From contig SMSO01000014.1 in NCBI GenBank assembly GCA_004764695.1, positions 5,156,845-5,220,844 on the forward strand: a stretch of DNA of 64,000 nucleotides, written 5' to 3'. Positions 26,718-38,405 of the stretch are shown here, piece after piece (the first letter of the stretch is position 1; the number at the start of each line of letters is the position of its first letter). The translations under genes and the position numbers were made by a program. The notes beneath the pieces are model-generated. The model was not told the origin of the DNA and did not search any database. It worked only from the letters and a program-made list of their open reading frames with translations. This DNA is from Schizochytrium sp. TIO01 (taxonomy: Eukaryota > Protista > Bigyra: Labyrinthulomycetes).

Positions 26718-27163
26718 CACTCTCATCAGTGAGTTTTTAAAAAGATAGTTAACAATTACTTACTTCCGCTTGAGAGCCCTTCCACTAACAACTAGGAACT
26801 AGGTATCATCTATCTATCTAAGTATCAATTACGGATCTATGGAGAGAATACAGATGAATGGGAGTTTCTTTGCGGCTTCAAGAAGAGTATGAGGTTTGAG
26901 AGAACGAGCAGCGATAAGTGTTCTTTCTCATCAGAATGCCATTTGTTTAGTTTTTTGTTTTGTTTTGTTTTCCTTGTTTTGGCCCCCTTTCTACCTTTGT
27001 CTCTCTCCACAACTTGTTTAATTTGAAATTTTAAAAAAAATGATAACTATAAATCAATGAAGAACTAAAATAATGTTTTATCCCTGAAAAGAATAATAAT
27101 AATAATGAATACACCTTCACAGACCCTCTATAACTCCAATGAGCTGTCTCCCCAAAACTACAC

Positions 27164-27215
27164 TCATTCATTCATTCATTCATTCATTCATTCATTCATT
27201 CATTCATTCATTCAT
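27164..27215. repeat. (TTCA)n microsatellite
   Basis: Direct read. Confidence 0.9.
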
Positions 27216-27702
27216 CTATGAATTACTTTTAACCACCTATAAAATGAACAAACAAATAAATCAACATACGCACTACAATAGGCCCAGTGAGTTACCCTGT
27301 CACAAACCAGAGCTGATCTTTGCGCTCAGACCGGGAAGCTCCCTGAAGTCGCAGCGGCTTTCCAGACCTGCTCGTACCGTGCCTCCTGCGCCGCCCTTGA
27401 GCTGGCGCAAGCACAAGCAAGACCAGCGCCACCGCCACTTCTTCATCATCAATGCAAGCAACGCAATGCAATGCAATGCAATGCAATGCAATGCAACTTC
27501 AAGCTGTCTCTAAGAGTCTCGCGGCCCGCAGGACATCCGTCCCCTCCTAGGGTTTTCCGTGGTGGTCCCTATCAAAACCTCCCGCGCTACGACCGGACTA
27601 GGCATGGTAAGACTGGCGGGAAAGGAGCGCGCCGTCTCCTCCTAAGCGACTTCGAAAGCTGACTTGTGGCAGGCTCCTTTCTTTCTTGCTTTCTTTCTGC
27701 CT

Positions 27703-27803
27703 GCACAGTAGAGTATAGGCCGCGCACAGAAGAGTATAGGCCGCGCACAGTAGAGAATGGGGCGGCGCAAGTGGGCTATGGCTGCTACAGTAGAGAATGG
27801 GGC
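27703..27803 (+). repeat. 21-bp tandem repeat upstream of the SelK start
   Basis: gcacagWagagtataggccgc x2, followed by two copies of acagtagagaatggggc. Confidence 0.8.
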
Positions 27804-27955
27804 CGTCTGGAAGTTTGGGAAGGACGCCGCCGTCTCTCTTCCGGGGGCGACTTCAGGCGGAGGCAGGCCGGCTCGGAGAAGAAAGCGAGCGCGGACCCAG
27901 AGCTCGCGCGCGCGCGGGGTCTGGAGCTGCGTGGGCGGTGCGCGGGGAGGCCGCG

Positions 27956-29088
27956 ATGGCCTACATAGGCAGTGGAGGTGAGTTTGGGCTGCAGGGAAGA
28001 CCCCGCGGCGGAACAGAGAGACGCGTCAGGCCCGGCATCGGCGGCATGTAGACGGAACGGACATGCGCTCTCCTTCTGTGTCCTCTCTTCTCTTCGTTTC
28101 TCCATATCCAACTACCTTTCTTTGTATCTTTCTTTCTGCGCTCTGCTCTGCTCTGCTCTGCTCTGCTCTACTCTGCTCTACGCGTGCGAACGTGGAGCAC
28201 CATCCTCTTCACACCCGGCCTTGCCGCAACGCAGGCGTTGTAGAGCGGAAACCTCTCAGACCTAAGAGCGAAGAGAAGCGGAGCGAAGGTGGAATATGTA
28301 AAGGACAATAAGGCGGTAGAAGTACTTTATATGTTGTAATGAACGAAAGGATATTGTTCAGGGAAGAAGAGGAAGGACTTAGAGGGAAGCGTGCATGCGC
28401 ATGCACGCCGGGTGCAACGATGGTTAGGTTGATTGCCTCTGCGGCGCGCGGCTAGTAAGAAGTACCGGCGTCGGGTTGGCACAGGAAGACTCTTTAGAGG
28501 TAGATTGGTTATGTTGGCTGGCAAAATGAGGGAGAAAAGCAAATGTCTAACATTTTTTATCATAATGTGTACAATTTTGTTCGTGATCATGCCTGCGATG
28601 GGTTCGATGGATAATTGGTATCATATTTATTTGTACGAGATGATATAGGCCAGGTCCAGGCCCGACCAGGAATCATCCAGCGCATTATTAATGCGTTTTG
28701 GGCTTTCCTCAATGTAATCGTGCTTTTCTTCCGCACGATATTCTCGAGTCCTGAAGAACTCGAGGCAGAACGCCGTCGTCGTGGACAGCGCCCAGTACTT
28801 CGCTACACCGGCGGCGGTGGTGGTGGCGGCGGTGGCGGTGGCGGCGGCGGTGGCGGTGGCGGCGGTGGTGGTAATGGCCCTTACCGTCGACCAAATCAAG
28901 GCCCTTCTGGAGCCAACATTCGTGGTATGAACGATCTCAACAGAGCCGGAAGAGTTGGAGGTCTACCCGTAAGTATGGTTCAAAATCTGACATGTGCTAA
29001 ATGTACAAAACGAATACTAACCTTACCTTGGCTCTCATGTTCCTGCATCTCCAAATTACAGTGTGGAGGTGGTGGGTGAGGACGCTAA
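27956..29088 (+). CDS. SELENOK: Selenoprotein K (ER membrane selenoprotein), 3 exons, 122 aa, UGA at 29077-29079 read as Sec
   Basis: Exons 27956-27977 (MAYIGSG, GTGAGT donor), 28649-28968 (GTAAGT donor) and 29062-29088. N-terminus MAYIGSGGQV resembles SelK MVYISNGQV. TM helix IINAFWAFLNVIVLFFRTIF, then a Gly/Arg/Pro-rich tail ending TGT GGA GGT GGT GGG TGA GGA CGC TAA = CGGGG-U-GR, the SelK GGUGR signature. SECIS present downstream. Confidence 0.93.
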
Positions 29089-29317
29089 GCGTCAGCAGCT
29101 AAACTCTTTATGTTGAGAGATATAGCTGACTGGCGCCGCGCCACCTGATCATGCCATGTTTGTCCAAGTTCAAATCTTTTTGAAGAATTGTGGAATTCGC
29201 TCTACGCTTACTCTCTATTCGCCTACTTTGGGAAGTTATGTTTGTCGCGATAGATTGCATGACATTTTAATTCCTTCGAATTGTTGCATAGAGCTGTTAA
29301 GTTACCGAACACAAATC

Positions 29318-29389
29318 CTCAACATCGATGACGCGGCACGCAAGAAAATCCAATACGTGATTTGTGTGCAGCTGACACTGTGAATTGAG
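29318..29389 (+). promoter_or_regulatory. SECIS element (eukaryotic, form 2-like) in the SelK 3' UTR
   Basis: ATGA at 29328-29331. Helix II GCGGCACGCAA (29333-43) pairs with TTGTGTGCAGC (29362-72) with one mismatch and a G-U pair. Apical AAA at 29345-47 with an ATC/GAT ministem. TGA at 29373-75 completes the GA quartet. Helix I is CTCAA/TTGAG. Confidence 0.9.
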
Positions 29390-30871
29390 TTGGCTACTTG
29401 GTCTCTGATTTACCTTTTTAACCACCACAAAGCTTGTATACCATGGTAATGTATTTCCCTGCCTTGAAAAGGCAGATGCTATTTCACCTCGGTTCTGGTC
29501 GCAGCCTTTGTTTCTTCAGATCTTTCCTGTCGAGTTGCATTGGTGCACTTATGAGCTTGTTCGTCGAAACGCGCGCAATACGCACCCTAACATGAAATAT
29601 GAAGTGTGAATAGTCCCACACTTCAGCATTAAATCAACATATGGACAAGATTATGAAAGGCTGTAACCCAGAACTGTAGACCCTTTAGTATAAACATCAG
29701 TAATTTTAACACCATACCTTCCCGACCTTGGTCGTTTTTTTCTTTTCTTGTGGGACTTCAAAAGTTAGTTTCACCAGAAACCAAAACTTCTAGGGTACCA
29801 ACATATTGTTTTCTTACTTAACCAAAAAGCCCTAAATTATTTTCATGGTCCTACCAACGAAGAGTTCGCCTCCAGAATTAGCAAGCATGAAAGCAAATTC
29901 CTGTTGGCCAATCTAGCTACTTTTCTCTAAGCCCGCACTGGCTTCTAACCATTCAAGACGAAAGCATTCGAAGAGGGAACCAAACTTTCTTTCCATTTAC
30001 CCTTTATATATTTAGTACCGCAGCATTTTTCTGCATCTGCAGGACTTGTTCATTACATGACAGATAATACATGGTGCTAGCTCTATGCTTGTTAAAAAGG
30101 GGCTGTGAACTTGCTCACTTCTTCCAAACTGCAGAAAGCTAATCCCTGATCCGTAGGAAGATGAACTCAAGATGCTTGAAAAGAATCACGAAGAATGAGA
30201 ACTCTTATAGAGTTAGCGATCTCCCGACCTTGGAAGATGAACTACTTCATACTATAATTGCGAAACTAAGGCACACACTGATTTGTATTAAATCAACTGA
30301 AGAGATGAGATAAACTGATTATTCAACCGCTAATTCACATTTTCCTGTCATATACGTAGCGCATTTTCAATCTTTGAGTCCCTCAAACGTTGCATCATAT
30401 TTCCTGTCTCTTATCCTACTAGCATGGTACTTATTAGAGTATGTCAAGGGCTCAAGCAATGTCTTGTTTTGTCCACATGTCTCTTCAAATAGTGATCTTA
30501 GCGTAGACTTATTGTTCTCGGTTTCTATGCAGGTGAGGGTTGACGTCTAGGTACTAGCTCCTATTCAATAGTTGATAAGGAGTTCCAATTATAGCCCAAT
30601 GACAGCATATGCTCGCTTGAACCAAATGTGGAATCTAAGGTCAGCTCTTGGTGAGATGTGTCCTACGTCATATAAAGCCGCAGCGATGCATGATGCATAA
30701 CATACGTAAGTCGCGCTAATCCAATAATCTCAACAGTTTCTCTTTGATATCTCAATGTAAAACTATCTAAATATTTAATAATCGGAGTTGGAAGCTTACA
30801 AGAAGTAATACAATATACTTTTGCTCTTCATCGATAAGATTAGCACTGTTCATGAACACAGAGTAGAACAA

Positions 30872-31603
30872 CTATGAATTGACAAGGTTGTGCAAAATAT
30901 CTTGAACGGCATCTTGCAAATCATTGCAGAGACGCTTTAAGTGAGAACCTCGATGGTTAAGCGAGCTGCTGACCTGTTTGGTGAGTTCTCCTGCTAAGTT
31001 TGACTTCATCTTTGCTTCAAGCTCTAGGACCTCACGACTACTCTCATCCTCTGTAATGTGTGATATTCGCCAAAGGTTGTCTGACTCTTTCATAAGTATG
31101 CGGGAAGCATTGCGGCCAGCGCTTCGTAGAACTTCTAGAGCATCTTGAAGACGTACTTCGAGATCACGATCCTTTTCTTGGCGAATACTAAGCGCTTGCA
31201 TGTAAGCTCCGACAAGAACAGCCTCAGCGTCGGAGTGGTGCACGAAATTGTCTTCGAAACTAGCCTTTTGTTGCTCGCAATGATCATGTGCACGATGAGC
31301 TGCAATACAGCTTGCACGACGATGCGTAATGCCGCCGTGGCATTGCAAATTCCACCCGCGATCTAAACGTCCCGCTTTACATCCTTGATATATTTCTTTC
31401 AGCTCCTTCGGCAGCCCCTTCGTTTGTCCAGCTCGTCTTTGAGCTGACCTCCGATGCCCATTTGATTTCTTTTTCGTTTTCGACAACTTTTGATTCTTCT
31501 GATCTCTTTTATCTTGACCAAGTGCCACGCCTCCGTACATACGCAAAAGCTCTATATCCAATTCTACATCCTCTACCACGTCCTCAGCATCAGCCTTGCT
31601 CAT
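30872..31603 (-). CDS. Hypothetical protein (~243 aa), basic N-terminal patch and helical/coiled-coil C-terminus
   Basis: Intact 249-codon ORF with protein-like composition; first ATG at 31603 (MSKADAEDVVEDVELDIELL...). No family recognised. Confidence 0.65.
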   Translation of the reverse strand: MSKADAEDVVEDVELDIELLRMYGGVALGQDKRDQKNQKLSKTKKKSNGHRRSAQRRAGQTKGLPKELKEIYQGCKAGRLDRGWNLQCHGGITHRRASCIAAHRAHDHCEQQKASFEDNFVHHSDAEAVLVGAYMQALSIRQEKDRDLEVRLQDALEVLRSAGRNASRILMKESDNLWRISHITEDESSREVLELEAKMKSNLAGELTKQVSSSLNHRGSHLKRLCNDLQDAVQDILHNLVNS

Positions 31604-34600
31604 GATGGCACAAGACCACACCTCTACGATATTTATCTATCAGACCTTGTTTTTGTCTGCTGCATTGCATTCATATGCGACATGACACATGTGGACTCTT
31701 AATAACTCGAGAGCGCCAAATGGTGTCATTGCGTCAGTCTATCTTGTTCTCACAAACCATCTAGCTTGTATTCCCATGATTTAGATCCTCTTACGGTGTG
31801 CACCAAGGGTGTGCACTACATTTTGTTCCGAATTTTTCTACTATCTCTAAAGGTCACTCTGCACTATTTCAAAATTATTCGTCATAGCCACTCAGGCCAA
31901 CCTATTAATTGGTTAAATTTATTCATTCATTGTTTGAGTAAGTAGTGTGAGCAAATTGCTGGGCATTGGGATGCTCTTCGGCAATTATAGATCGTATAAA
32001 TCATGGAAGAAGATGACCTCGCCAACGTTTCAATCTCATTGGCGGGACATCCGAAAACTGATTCTGCATATTTTAAAATGCCATAAGCAGTTCTGAATAC
32101 AACTTTAAATGAACAATTAGCGAGATTTTGATACAAAGACTTAATTGAATAGGTGAAATAAAAGAAGAGAGAAAGAAACCAAGAACCGTCCACAGTTATT
32201 GGTAGATTTTATCAAACACAATAGCAATTTGGTAGAGTAAACATTGCTAACCTGCTAATCAAATTATGTTCAAATATGGCAGGCCATGAGTTCTGTTATG
32301 GCAATAAAGCTTTATATTGATTGAAGAGAGTCCATCATCAGAACGTACAATTGAATAAGGTAGGCAAAGATTTTCTGGCTGAAACCTTTGTTGAAAGTAC
32401 CAAATAAATGACTGATTGCCATGCAGAGCAGTGAAAACGTACTGAATAGTGGTTACAATGACTAGCTAGCATGTTTCTTGACTTTCAGGTTGAAGATGTG
32501 AAAGCGTTAGGGTGGTTTCGAATGATTTTCAAGAAACTTCAGTTCTCAACTTTCTACTTGCCAATTCATTCTTATCTTTATATCTTTTTCTAAAGTGCTG
32601 AGATTACCAAATATTGAAGTAATTATAGCCAAGTGCCTAATCTATCCTAATCTATCCTAATCTAGCTCTTCTGACCAAACGATGCATCTTCTGCCTGACC
32701 TGATACATTCATTTAGAACCGAAACCCCAATAACATAAATATATGATCCTCTGCCTCTTTCTCCTGAATTTGCCATCCTTGCCAAACTAGCTCTGCACGC
32801 TTCACTGCACAATCTACTCTGCAATACCAACCAAAGGCGAATTTGGGCAAGACACAACCAGATTCCTTCTAGTATAGGTACATGCAATCGAGTGTCTTGC
32901 TCTATACGAGCATCTGGCAAGTATTGATTTTTCTAACAGAGGGAATGAGTCTCGGGAATCAGCATTTAGTATAAGTTTTGAATCGGCTCATCCTTTATGC
33001 AGTGTTAGAGCAGTATTTTGTTTGTTAGATCTATTGTCATGATACGCTCTTCTTGACCTTAATTTTAAAGTGTACTGCTCAAATGAAGATGTCTGCTGAA
33101 AGATGAGTCTGGTCAGCTAGAAATTGACAAGGAAGACGAATGCATGGTTTGGGAAGAGCTTAAGGACATGCGTCTTTTTAGCAACCATATTATAATTAAT
33201 AGACTAAGATAGACTTAATCTGATTCAGACTCTATTGAGAAAGTTGGGTTGACTTGTCTCTCTAACCATGAGATCAGATTTTACCGTACTTGTTCTATTG
33301 ATGGGTTATCTTTAGTTTCCGTTCTCGCCTATGTTAGGTTCATAACCACACATTTGTTTATCTAATTTCAGTCCTATATACAGCTTCTAAGTCTTCGAGT
33401 ACTTACAAGAGCTCTAAAAATGACTTGGCCGCATATTATTCCGATTGGAGATTTCAGCCATACTAAGAAATAGAGCATATGGCAAGGCTAAGAATAATCG
33501 CGATTAGTATTGTTTCTTTTCAAATTGAAGAAGTAATTTGATGTTCGAAGTCGCTTTCGGATGTACTGATGGAAATGTAAGATAATATTGATGTTGAAAG
33601 TCACTTTCTGATGCACACTCGTGTGTCTCACGAAATTTGTAGGTTGTGATCTGTAGCTTCCATGTCAACAATGCTAGGCACTGAGAAACTGATTATGCAA
33701 AGAGACATGTTAAGCCCCCATTTAAGTGTTTCCAGGGATGTTTACTGCTAATTAATATAAATTTATTGGAAGAGTTTAAAATTCATTTTTTGGTAGGCAC
33801 AACCTAAAAGCTGAAATTTTCATGTACAACGAGAGTACAAATCCCAGTGATGATAAACGGCTGGCCGTACTCATATTCTCTGTCTCCCGCACCAGCGTTT
33901 AACTGTAATTATATTAGTGTCTCGGAATGACTCTGCTTTTAAAGAGCTTCTAGCTAAATATTCCTGCGGCTACCAGAATATTTGTCGATTGAGTTATTTG
34001 AGGTAAAAGGATCAGTGTGGAAGGGTGGACACAGTTCATGCAAACAGAAATGACTCGTCAGGGAAGGTGTTATAGAATAAAAGACGAGCGCTGTAGATAG
34101 TTTCAAGTGATTTCAATTTATTCTTCAGTCTTAGAAATTCTATAGTTATGGAAGTTTAGAGATCAAGCAGCAATGCGGCTCAATTCTAGATTTGTTAGGA
34201 AGTGAAGTTTGCCTGATGATGGATGTCTCTGCTACTTTTCAACCTCTAGATGACGAAGCAAACCTGAGGCAGGATCAGGGTCATTGTTCCAATCCGACTC
34301 GGTTTGCTCTGCTCCAGGTGTTTGTCTGAAAGGTCCTCCGCCCAATTTACATTTTCTAGGATGCGCCATTCACCACTCAGTCGAAGCTAACCGCATAAAG
34401 ACAAAGCTACCAAGACAGACTTTCCCAACACTTGGTTTTCGCCCAAGAGCGGGCGTAGTAGTAGCGAGAGCCACACCTGGTCTTCTGAGACGGGCAGGGG
34501 TGCAAACACGATGATCTCGCAGTCCTGCTTCCTTAGCGTCTGAATCTCGAAGAAGCTCTTGAAATCGCAAGCCTTCTTCCCCACTTTGCAACGGTAAACT

Positions 34601-35163
34601 TCGCCTCTTGCTGCAATCACGGACTTTGTGGGCACCCGCACGTGCGCAACGCAATCTGCTGTCTCCTTCCCCTTAACCGTCCCTAGCTGTCAAGGTAGCA
34701 GTCGCTCTTGGAACTTGGTTAAATGCCGGATAGAAGAAGATAAAGAGAGGAAATTCCGTCGAGTCGATGTTGGTGCTTGGTAGGGGTCATATAGGCTGCG
34801 GTAGTCCCCGAGTGCGTTCCAGCTCCAGGAAAAAGAGCGATGGGTACCACAAACGGGGCGCCATCTTGGACGTATCGTGCTTTATTTCCTGAAACAACTC
34901 GACGATTGACCTTTCGCTTCTTCATCCGCCAAGCGATTCGCCAGGCGCCCAGTCGATCAGTTCCAGGGCAGTGCCAGGAGCGCAGGCGGCGCGTCTCCAG
35001 TCGCACGGTGGGCGCAGGGAGACCAAGCAGACAGACCTCGCCGGTTCGGCGCCAGCTAAGTCGAGAGGCAGAAGAGGCAGAAGAGGCAAGGCAAGGCAAA
35101 GAAAGCAAAGAAGCAAGAGCGCTTGGACGGGGGCGGGACCCCGTGTCTGGTATTGGCCGCGCC

Positions 35164-35263
35164 CCTCCCTCCCTCCCTCCCTCCCTCCCTCCCTCCCTCC
35201 CTCCCTCCTCGTCTCCGCCAATTCTTTCGCCTTTCTTCGCACTTTACTTTTTCCCGTCTTGAG

Positions 35264-35330
<67 letters not shown>

Positions 35331-35337
35331 GTCTGTC
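35164..35337. repeat. (CCCT)n and (CT)n microsatellites
   Basis: ccct array at about 35164-35206; ct array at about 35267-35326. Confidence 0.9.
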
Positions 35338-35468
35338 CATCAAGTGTTTTCGTGGGAATTAATTCATGGTTGCTGCGGGTCCTTCTTTCCTTCCTTCTTC
35401 CACGACCCAAGAAAGAATGAATCTCTCTCACTTAATCCTCAGAGGATCCCATATGAAGGAACGAACAC

Positions 35469-35501
<33 letters not shown>

Positions 35502-35615
35502 TTGAAATCAAATGGATGAATGAATGAATGAATGAATGAATGAATCAATCAGTCAATCAACTTGAAACCAAATGAATGAATGAATGAATGAATGAATGAA
35601 TGAATGAATGAGTGA
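35469..35615. repeat. Compound (TCAA)n/(GAAT)n microsatellite, duplicated as a unit
   Basis: The pattern (tcaa)n-ttgaaaYcaaatg-(aatg)n occurs twice in tandem. Confidence 0.85.
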
Positions 35616-36516
35616 GTGGAAGCGATCTCAGCAGCTCCAACCCATTGCGTGACCAGCCGATCCGTCAGCGCTTTCGCCACGGTCTTGTCTGCTTCTTCCC
35701 TTCCATTCGGTCCCGCTCGCTCACCCATTCAGACAGAGCGCTGCGCTTCACCGCAGAGGTTCTCGTGGCGCTCGCTCAGAAGAGAAGGCGCCCTGGCGGC
35801 GATGGCGGCGATGGATGCCGAAGATACACGCGGACAATCAATCAGTTAATTGCCAGGCAATCGACTGCATGAATGCATGAACGCATGAACGCATGAACGC
35901 ATGAATGCATGAGACATACATACATACATATCATTGGATCAATCAATCCGCGGTGCTCCTGAGCGAGCTCGTTCTCCTGAGAACGGCGCCGCTCGCCGCA
36001 ACTCTGAGCGGGCTCTGGCGAATGCTCTGTGCTGTGCTGCGCTGTAATGCTCCGAGTCGACGGCCGCGGCGGAGGAAGCGCCTCTCGGTTGGTTGGCCTT
36101 GAAAGCGGCGGTCTCCAGGCCAACTTGTTGACGTTGACGTGCGTGGCCGAGCTCATCGAGTCGATCATGGGCATCTAGTAGCTATCCATGCACGTATCCA
36201 CCACCAGTTTAGCATCCATCCATCCATCCTGCATCCATGCGTCCATCGATCGACTGCTGACTGACTGACTGAGTGCATCGCTGCAGACAGAAGAAGTCCG
36301 TTTCTGCGAGGCAGTTCGTTCGTTCGCTCTGCGCAGCAAGGAGTCTGCGGCAGACTCCACCGGTCTCGAGCAGCAGCAACTCGTGCTCATCGACTCTGTG
36401 GCAGAGGAGTGGAACCGGGTCTTTCGAGGGCGGAGCGCGATCGTACCGAGTCGAACGAAGCCTTCTCTCGCGGGCCAGGAGGAGAACCAGGTCGCCTGCT
36501 GGTCTGTGGCAGATCT

Positions 36517-36788
36517 GCATTGCATTGCATTGCATTGCATTGGATTGCATTGGATTGCATTTCATTGCATTGGATTGCATTGGATTGCATTTCATTGCAT
36601 TGGATTGCATTTCATTGCATTGGATTGCATTGCATTTCATTGGATTGCATTGCATTGGGTTGCATTGCATTTCATTGCATTGCATTGCATTGCATTGGAT
36701 TACATTGCATTTCACTGCGTTCCATTGGATTGCATCGTATTGCGTTGCATTTGATCGCATTGCATCGCATTGCGTTGCATTTGATCAT
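36517..36788. repeat. Degenerate (ATTGC)n pentamer satellite with a 30-bp higher-order unit
   Basis: ttcattgcat tggattgcat tggattgcat recurs within a long attgc/attgg/atttc array. Confidence 0.9.
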
Positions 36789-38179
36789 AGCGTACGCTAT
36801 GTCGGTAGGAAGAATAGTGCAGTTCTTTGGGGCAGTACGATGCTGCTCACCATCCAAAGGGCCCTTCCTCGGTCGTCTGTCTCTTCGAGAGAGCACAAGA
36901 GCGGAAGCCTCGAGGCGCAAAACACTCGCACCATGGCTTGTGCTCCTTTGCCTCAAGTTCTGCGCCACCGTCTCGAGATCGCCCTTCGTTCGCTTGCGCG
37001 CCAAGTTCTCGATCTCCTCGTATCGCCTTGGCGCCTTTCCCCCATTCATTTGGAGATGATGCCCACAATAACGGGAAACAGACAATTAAGAACCATCCAC
37101 TCATTCATTCATTCATTCATTCATTCATTCCTCAACATTAACACCAACATTAACAACAACTAACCCCTTCCAAAGGGCTACCGGTTTGCGCTAGCGGTGC
37201 CTAGCACGAGGAAAACATTACCCATCGCGGTTATAAGTGTTTATACTTTATTGTTTTGTGGTAGCTACGCTGTAGCAGCTCTTAGCGAAGCCCCGGCCAC
37301 GCGCTTTCCTCCAAATGAAGCTGGTCACTTGTGAGTCCTCGCCCACCCCCGTAAGCTTTACTCAGGGTTACACCTAGTAGGCGAATACACGGGGTCTCGT
37401 AAGCCCGTTGAAAAAGAGCGATTGAAACAAGTGACATCTTAATTGAAGATTTACTTATTTATACTTTATTTTGCTTTATTTTCTAATTATGATTTTAGCT
37501 AATGAAAAACGTTTCAAATAAATGTAAGATGGAGGAACGAAAACTGAGTTCGAGCGGAATCGAGTGCGTCTCAATCAATCAATCAATCAATCAAGGCAAA
37601 GAAGGGTCCCTCCCTTCACTGGGATGAATCTTTAGTGACCGGCGGAGTCCCTTTCGGGGAGACCGGGCGACCACATGCATCGTCTGCGGCAGAGGTCCCA
37701 TCTACGATGATGTGCTGAGCTAGGCCTCCAGGATAATAAATAACCAGGAAGCCACCACCTCCATCAAGCACGAAGAATTCACTTTCTTTTTCTCTTTCTT
37801 TCTTTCTTTCTTTCTTTTCTTTCTCTTTTTCTTTCTTTCTTTTCTCTTCTTCTCTTACCGAGCAGAAATGCGCCACTTTCATGGCTCACAAACCTCGTGC
37901 TGAGATGCCTGCCTGACGCTGATCGATTGGAAGCCACGGGCCGCGGCGAAGGCGTCGATGCGGGCTTTGGCGTCAACGCGGCAGAACTGTCCTTCTACGC
38001 AGAAGCTCTGAAGTTCTCGGGCAAGAAATGCATGCTTGCATGCATGCAACAAATGGGCAGGCGGGCATCACGACTAGTGCGGGACTAAGAGAAAGTCTAG
38101 TCGTGATAAAGGGAAATTACGACGGCTGGTCGAATTCAAGTGCCTTACAGCGCCGTGAAGACAAACCAACAACACGCGA

Positions 38180-38279
38180 CTAAGCAAGCGATTAGGCAAG
38201 CAAGCGATTAGGCAAGCAAGAGACTAGGCAAGCAAGCAAGCAAGCAAGCAAGAGATTAGGCAGGCAAGCAAGCAAGCAA
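38180..38279. repeat. GCAA-based minisatellite (gattaggcaagcaagc units) upstream of the VTT gene
   Basis: A 16-bp unit repeated with a variable number of gcaa copies. Confidence 0.8.
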
Positions 38280-38405
38280 ACAATAAACCCAGACGCTCTG
38301 GCTACTCTGGCCTGGAACGGGATCTCAACCGAACGACGAGCATCCGGTCAAGCCATCTATCTCCCAGAGGGCCGACCTTGCGCGCAAAATTGCAACGCAG
38401 CCGCT

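Noticed and set aside
28615-29079. ORF-track 154-aa protein ending at TGA
   Set aside because: It starts inside intron 1, reads through intron 2 and stops at the Sec codon; replaced by the spliced SelK model.
31900-34900. Possible decayed minus-strand gene in AT-rich sequence
   Set aside because: Stops in all frames and no motif strong enough to name.
36209-37163. Long ORFs made of CIALH/MQCNA repeats (also LAWLG, ALLCF, KERK and QTNK ORFs elsewhere)
   Set aside because: They are translations of microsatellites that are open in several frames on both strands.
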